Shown here in pieces: positions 59,021-64,000 of a stretch of 64,000 nt of DNA. How positions within the stretch are numbered: the stretch's first letter is position 1; each line of letters begins with the position of its first letter. Origin of the DNA: the human T2T-CHM13v2.0 reference genome, Homo sapiens; assembly GCF_009914755.1 (NCBI RefSeq), contig NC_060927.1; one strand, written 5' to 3'. The notes beneath the pieces are model-generated. The model had not been told where the DNA came from. It saw only the letters and a program-made list of their open reading frames with translations, and did not search any database. The position numbers and the translations under genes were made by a program.

Positions 59021-60056
59021 CTGGGAACATAAAAGAAGAAAAGATAATGTAATTTGAAACATGGTCTAACAATCTGATGTTACCTTCAGAAAGGTGTAGC
59101 CTATTAATATAAATAAAAGTTAATGTTGATTAATCAATGCTTGCACCATATAAGGGATCTGAAAATTTGCTAGCTCCTAGAATATTTAAATTATAGCCTG
59201 ACAAAGCATTCAGTCCAGCGCCATCTGTCTCCATCATAATAACACAAGATTATATATATGTATAATCAAGTCCTCGGCATTGTGGCAAAGTCTTGTAGGA
59301 AAATGGTAAATACATCAATTTAACTGGGGGAGTGGGAGAGAAGGTAAGAGCCAGGCTGAATGAGAAGCATGGTTTTAAAGAAAGACAGGCAAGCAATTGG
59401 TTAATATAAAAAAAGTTTGTCGTTCCCATATTTGGAGAGATGCCCAGTTCTCCTCCCCCTTTCTGAAAATCACTCGCCATTGGCAGAGCTTCCCATCGAA
59501 AGGGAGGCTGATGTTGATGGAGGCTGAAGAGGTGATGCCAAAGTTGGCCACCGGGCAGGTCCCACAGCCCAGCTCCTGGGGCCTTCCAGAGGTTGGCGAA
59601 GAGTTAACTTTCCGGAGCGGCTCCCTAGGCGCCGCGCCGCTAGGGTTGTTCCCTAGTTTACGTCTCTGGGCAAAGCCTCTCGGGGAAGGAAAAAAAACAG
59701 CGGTAAACCAAAATCCACATATTTGGGCCCCAGTGCTTCCCTCTGGCCCCATAGACACGAGGAGAGGGGAGACACAAGTCAGATTAAGCCCCGCCACGTG
59801 GTGGCCAAGCCAGCTGCAGGGCCATCCGGCAGGCCGGGCTGGGGACCCAGGAGGGAGCCCCGCGAGCAAGGATGGGTCCCGAAGTCCCGGGCTTAGCCTA
59901 CCCGAGGGTGGCGGACGCCTGCACCGCGCGGGAGCGCAGGGTCGAGCGCTGGGTCACCCAGGCGCGCCGAAGCGGGTTGAGTAAAGCAGCAGGCGAGGCT
60001 GCAGGGGTGGAGGAAGGGAAAGGAGAGAAAGGGAGCCCGGGCAGGGGTCGCGTTAC

Positions 60057-60139
60057 CTCTCTGGGGACTGCTGCCGCGAGAGCTGGGTGGCGGCAGCCAG
60101 CAGCAGGCAGAGTGGCGCCCAGGCGTTCGCGCCCCTCAT
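60057..60139 (-). CDS. PCOLCE2: PCOLCE2 coding part of exon 1 (signal peptide)
   Basis: ATG at 60139 in GCTGCC-ATG context. MRGANAWAPLCLLLAAATQLSRQQSPE(R). Donor AG|GTAACG. 83 nt, joins exon 2 in frame. Confidence 0.96.
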
Positions 60140-60326
60140 GGCAGCGTAGACGCTCGGGGTTTGCACCCCACGGCGCGCGCGCCGGCACACACGCCCCTCC
60201 GCACCCACCGCGCTCACACCGCCGCTCACACTGGCAGCAGCGCTGGCTCACACCGGCGCTCGGCTGCCCGCGCGCTCCCTCTCACGCGCGCACCGCCGCG
60301 GGGCGGCCCAGGTAGCCGGGGGATAC
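60140..60326 (-). other. PCOLCE2: PCOLCE2 5' UTR (approximate TSS near 60326)
   Basis: GC-rich, no upstream ATG. TSS inferred about 29 nt downstream of a TATA-like TTTAAAA. Confidence 0.6.
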
Positions 60327-61402
60327 GCGGCCGGCAGGGCGGAGGCACTTTTAAAGGCGATTATGGTGCCGTCTGACTCGACGCTTAGTTTCCCCTGAGG
60401 AGCTGCTCTGGCAGCCACAGGCCACTGCTGAATATCCCGTTTGTTCTCCGGCGGCAGGAGGGGCGGCTCCGAGGCCAGAGCCGCCCCCTCTCGTGGGGCG
60501 GGCGAACGTCTCCTCCCGGCACCCCGGGACCGACGGGTCCTCTCTCGTCCAGCCCTCAGGGACCCCGGGGAGAAGAGGAACCCCTTGCGGAGTGGCACCC
60601 CAGCGGCCCGGGCCCCGACGCCCAGAGACGATTCTCAGGGAGGGCTTCTGGTTTTGCTTTGGGGAATGTTTTTCCCAGTTGCTTTTAAATAAAAAGTAAT
60701 AGCGCTTGCTGGCTGCTGGAAAGCCTGGGGGTCCTTCTTTGTCTCCTTCAAAACCCAGATCCAAGGAAAGAAAGGGAAAAGGGATTTTATTGTATTTTAA
60801 CTTCTGTGCTTATTCTCCTCTCTCTCTCTCTAGATACTTTTCTTTTTTTTACTGGTATGACAATGACAAGGAAGACAGTCTCTGTGCCGGGATTTAAACA
60901 CGGGTTTTCAGGCGAGCGATTTCTGTGTGAACTGTCATTAAATGTCAGATAATGAAGACGGAACCAAATCAGCAAATCTCACCATCCCATGTCATGTTCT
61001 GAAAATGGTGTTTCTCTGCTTGCATCTCTCTGTTCTTAGACCTTTCCAACAGCATCTTTCTGTGGTATTAACGGGTTAAAATTTACGGAGAATTCGTTTT
61101 TCTTAGACGAACAATTCTAGCCTTGTGGAATCAATACTCTCTTTTACTTAATTACAGAAATATAATTTTAAACATTTATTTTGTTAAGAGCTTCCCAATA
61201 ACCAGGGATTAATAAAAGAATGACAGGAACAGACTAGATTCATAGAGATTTTTAATAATCACCAGCTATGGGAGATACAGCTTAACTTTGATGCCTCACG
61301 TTGTTCCTTCTAAATTGTTTTCACCTTTCTAAGCAAGAAAATTAAGTATTAAAGTAGTTCTTATCGAGACTTTATTTCTAATAATGAGCTGTTAAGAATC
61401 TA

Positions 61403-61751
<349 letters not shown>

Positions 61752-62519
61752 CTACAGGAAATATTCTGACTTTTCATAGTGAGTGCACCCTGAAGCCTAT
61801 ACTAGGAACCAGAATATACGGACAGGACTTAGATTATCTTACCATTTTTTTAAAAAGTGAAGGCAAAAACATCATAAAGTACAACTTTCAAAACTTCTCT
61901 ACAGGCACCACACCCTTTATGACATTAAAAAAAAGGGTGACAGAATTTGGCAAACTGCTTTATATCCTGAAACACTCTCAACCCAATAAAAATGTCTTTA
62001 AAACAGGGAAGAGGAGAATAAATGGTTGTTGATTTTGCACGCATTTCAAGAATATGCTATCTAATAGCATAAGTGTTTTTAGATAATTGTTTATTTGAAA
62101 GTCATAGTTTTAAATTATAAAGGGAAATATTGCTCAATTCACTTTCTGGTAATGATTTGCAGTCCTCGTAAACCAGAAAATACTTCATTCAGGACTAAGC
62201 TAAGTTTTCAAAATTTAAAATAAATAACAAAGTATTAAATGTGCCTAAATAGGAAACTATTTGAACTAAAATACACAGCCATTTCTTAATTTATAGATTG
62301 ATGACTGTGTTCATATGCTCACTAAAGAGTTAGGATTTTAACACCAATCATTCTGTTGTTGACACTCATAAGACATTGATTTTACCATGTGATTTTAGAA
62401 TTTACTAAAACCCATATTATTGGCTCTTAAAAACACATATTTGACTTGGAACTACAGTTCTGACCAAAATTATAAACCTTAAATGTCCTGAGAAGTTGAT
62501 GTGTTAAAATTGAGAGACT

Positions 62520-62856
62520 TTTATTAGTTTGTTCTCACGCCGCTATGAAGAAATACCCGAGACTGGGTAATTTATAAAGAAAAGAAGTTTAATTGACTCA
62601 CAGTTTCACATGGCTGGGGAGTCCTCAGGAAACTTATAATCATGGCAGAAGGCACCTCCTCACAGGGTGATAGGAGAAGGGGAAAAGCCCCTTACAAAAC
62701 CATCAGCTCTCATGAGCATTCACTCACCACCAGGAGAACAGCATGGGGGAAACCATTCCCACGATTCAATTACCTCCACCTGGTCCCACCCTTGACACCT
62801 GGGGATTATTACAATTCAAGGTGAGATTTGGGTGGAGACACAGCCAAACCATATCA
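62520..62856 (-). mobile_element. MaLR solo LTR (THE1C-like)
   Basis: Reverse complement begins TGATATGGTTTGGCTGTGTC. 5-bp TSD AGACT. Confidence 0.88.
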
Positions 62857-63306
62857 AGACTCAAGTGCACTTTGAAGGTATATGTAAGGTCCATCTCTGT
62901 GAGACCAGTTTCTGGACTTGTGTGATAACAGAATTAGTATAATGGACAAGGAGCTACCCCCACAGGCAGTAGAAAAGTGGAGAGAGAAAAAGAACAAAAG
63001 CCCTGTGGGTAGATTCTTTAAAACAAAAAGTGGAGTGGTGGGTGAACTGATCCTTATTATCCAGCCTCTGCTGTTACCAGGTTGCACAGAGAATCAGCAT
63101 CATGGGAATATGAAAATATTCACCAATGAACTGACCACTTATAAAATTAGGCCCCACTCAAACATTCCTTGCTACACAATGCTAGTATCTAGCTGGGCCC
63201 AATATGTCAACATTGTCAGCTAATCTCTGATTCACTCATCAACCTTGTAAACGTCTGAAAATGTCGTGTAAATCCATTGCACATTTATTCCATAGTGCGG
63301 TACTCA

Positions 63307-63639
<333 letters not shown>

Positions 63640-64000
63640 TCAGTGTTTTTTGATGTCTGTAAACACACATTAGGAACAAACGTAGACCTTCCTCTTTCCC
63701 CTGCCCCACCTCAACACACCTCTCTGCCAAGAATAAGATATTAGGAATTGTACTGGTCAGGTTTCTTAGCTACAAACAACTGAGTCCACTCAGAATTTCA
63801 AGCAGAGCAGAAAGTTCACATTATCATCAAAAGAATCATAGAAACAGTCTCAAAGCTCATTTTCCTGGAATAAGAGCCAAAACCTCGCCTCAGAAATGGC
63901 CAGTGAGAAATCTACTGCTATTATTGCCACCAAGACTAAGCACTAAATGCAGGTACTTGAACTTAATGCAGTCACCGCTGTTGTGAGCACTTCAGATACA

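Larger units (their letters stand above)
59560..60630. promoter_or_regulatory. CpG island / PCOLCE2 promoter
   Basis: Very high GC and CpG density. GC boxes (GGGCGG at 60301 and 60337), TATA-like TTTAAAA on minus strand 60355-60349, palindromic E-box CCACGTGG at 59794-59801. Confidence 0.9.

Noticed and set aside
59021-59090. Donor-like AAG|GTAACA in intron 1
   Set aside because: Only about 63 nt from the exon 2 acceptor, below a practical intron size.
60478-60497. CTCF-like motif in the promoter
   Set aside because: Two mismatches in the core, and GC-rich sequence yields such matches by chance.
59375-60764. Several long ORFs (195, 164, 147, 137, 117 aa) on both strands around exon 1
   Set aside because: Stop-poor GC-rich CpG-island sequence, mostly non-ATG starts, low-complexity Arg/Gly/Pro/Ala products with no recognisable domain.

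Overview
Primate (almost certainly human) genomic DNA carrying the 5' two-thirds of PCOLCE2 (procollagen C-endopeptidase enhancer 2, PCPE-2) on the minus strand. It includes a CpG-island promoter near 60.3 kb and coding exons 1-6 (83+109+256+125+137+155 = 865 nt, all GT-AG, phases consistent), encoding the signal peptide, CUB1, CUB2 and a Thr/Pro linker. The NTR-domain exons lie beyond the left edge. Intron 2 is about 39.2 kb. The rest is typical primate intron: about 24 Alus, old L1/L2/MIR fragments, DNA-transposon fossils and many solo LTRs, including a nested cluster at 37-43 kb (MLT2, LTR9-like with octamers, MER4-like containing an LTR10F-like AP-1 VNTR and an AluY). Almost all ORF-track entries are repeat or GC-rich artefacts. 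I found no convincing new gene or novel system. The best leads are splicing and regulatory hypotheses: an Alu-flanked exon 3-4 circle with a stop-free infinite ORF, a cryptic intron-3 acceptor giving either an in-frame 87-aa CUB1-CUB2 insert or a 65-nt poison exon, and ERV-derived AP-1 and POU/OCT enhancer candidates. Repeat subfamily names are from recalled consensus sequences and repeat boundaries are approximate unless target-site duplications (TSDs) are given.
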